A stretch of DNA of 64,000 bases from Dehalococcoidia bacterium (lineage in GTDB: Bacteria > Chloroflexota > Dehalococcoidia > UBA2979), in the NCBI GenBank assembly GCA_965220125.1, contig CBDCPB010000004.1, positions 2,674,270-2,738,269 on the forward strand, written 5' to 3'. Both the position numbers and the translations under genes were made by a program. Shown here one piece after another: positions 63,373-64,000 of the stretch. The notes below the pieces were generated by a model. It saw only the letters and a program-made list of their open reading frames with translations, ran no database searches and was not told the origin of the DNA. Each line of letters opens with the position of its first letter. The stretch's first letter is position 1.

Positions 63373-64000
63373 TCACTCCGGCGCTTCGAGGTACCCGGCA
63401 TCGGCGGGCTCGAGCAGGGCGCCGGCGTCGATGCGTTCGCGAGCCTCGGTGATCGCTGCCTCGATCACGGCCGGCTCCAGCACCGTGAGTTCTCCGCTGC
63501 GCAGCCAGAGCAGGCCCGCGCTCGCCGGTGCTCCGACGGCCGCCTCGATGGCGCGCTGGTAGAGCCCGATCTGCACGGCGTAGCGGCTCGCCGCCTCCTG
63601 CGCCGTGGTCCCGTCCAGCCGGTCGCTCTTGAAGTCGATGACGCTCCAACCGCTCCCGTCGCGGTAGACGAGATCGATGCTGCCGTGGACCGGCACGCCG
63701 TCCCAGTCCCAGGCGAACGGCAACTCGAACCAGCGCTCGACGGCCGCTCCGGCCAGCCTGGCGGCCAGCGGCGATTGCGCGAAGCGATCGAGCATCTCGC
63801 GGACCTCGGCAGCCAGCGCGCGCGCCGTCGCATCGTCCAGCGCGCGTTCGCTCTGCTCGCGCGCGAGATCGGCCAGCGCGGCATCGTCGAGGGAACCCGG
63901 CTGGCCGCCTGAAACCTCGAGCGCGCGGTGCACGACCCGCCCGCGCAGGGCGGCGAGGCCGTCGCCGCGCTCGCGTGACCGCGGGGCCGACTCGGGAGGT
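63373..64000 (-). CDS. C-terminal PD-(D/E)XK nuclease domain of a UvrD/AddA-type helicase-nuclease; gene continues past the right edge
   Basis: The frame stays open to position 64000. Contains GRVVHRALE, HGSIDLVYRDGSGWSVIDFKSD (D...D-x-K) and YAVQIGLY. Confidence 0.75.
   Translation of the reverse strand, partial: PPESAPRSRERGDGLAALRGRVVHRALEVSGGQPGSLDDAALADLAREQSERALDDATARALAAEVREMLDRFAQSPLAARLAGAAVERWFELPFAWDWDGVPVHGSIDLVYRDGSGWSVIDFKSDRLDGTTAQEAASRYAVQIGLYQRAIEAAVGAPASAGLLWLRSGELTVLEPAVIEAAITEARERIDAGALLEPADAGYLEAPE

Overview
Very GC-rich bacterial chromosomal segment. Third codon positions are almost all G/C, which produces many long spurious antisense ORFs. The gene content, and lipoproteins that combine a Tat signal, a lipobox and an Ala/Thr/Pro linker, suggest a Chloroflexota (Thermomicrobia-like) or actinobacterial-type organism; this is only a guess. 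I support about 55 protein genes. I see no rRNA, tRNA, CRISPR, transposase or integrase. Most of the window is accessory catabolism: three family-5 ABC importer loci with no ATPase genes, three family III CoA-transferases, two crotonases, a tandem acyl-CoA dehydrogenase pair, an oxalyl-CoA decarboxylase/2-hydroxyacyl-CoA lyase-like ThDP enzyme, two amidohydrolase_2 genes, an arylsulfatase, a form II coxGSLM cluster and two PAL-like NHL propellers. It also carries two toxin-antitoxin pairs and an SOS mutagenesis locus (imuB and dnaE2). The best candidate for something new is at 10782..13462. A single in-frame UGA sits in a Cys-Sec-Gly-Ser-Cys context and is followed at once by a SECIS-like hairpin. 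It joins two track ORFs into one ~580-codon candidate selenoprotein with a large unassigned C-terminal domain. A thioredoxin-reductase-like flavoprotein lies next to it and no thioredoxin gene is present. Other items worth follow-up: an ECF sigma / VWA-domain anti-sigma / VWA lipoprotein module with two matching GGAAC-N17-CGTA promoters; an MBL-fold hydrolase fused to a Rex-type NAD(H)-binding domain; an imuB split from its C-terminal domain at a GTGA overlap, with a palindromic LexA box shared with a divergent dnaE2; a katG relic with an internal deletion; a sulfatase gene bracketed by 156-bp repeats of a permease 3' end; and a Lys-to-His, cysteine-free DegT/E1-like enzyme. All family calls come from reading the translations by eye; no searches were run.
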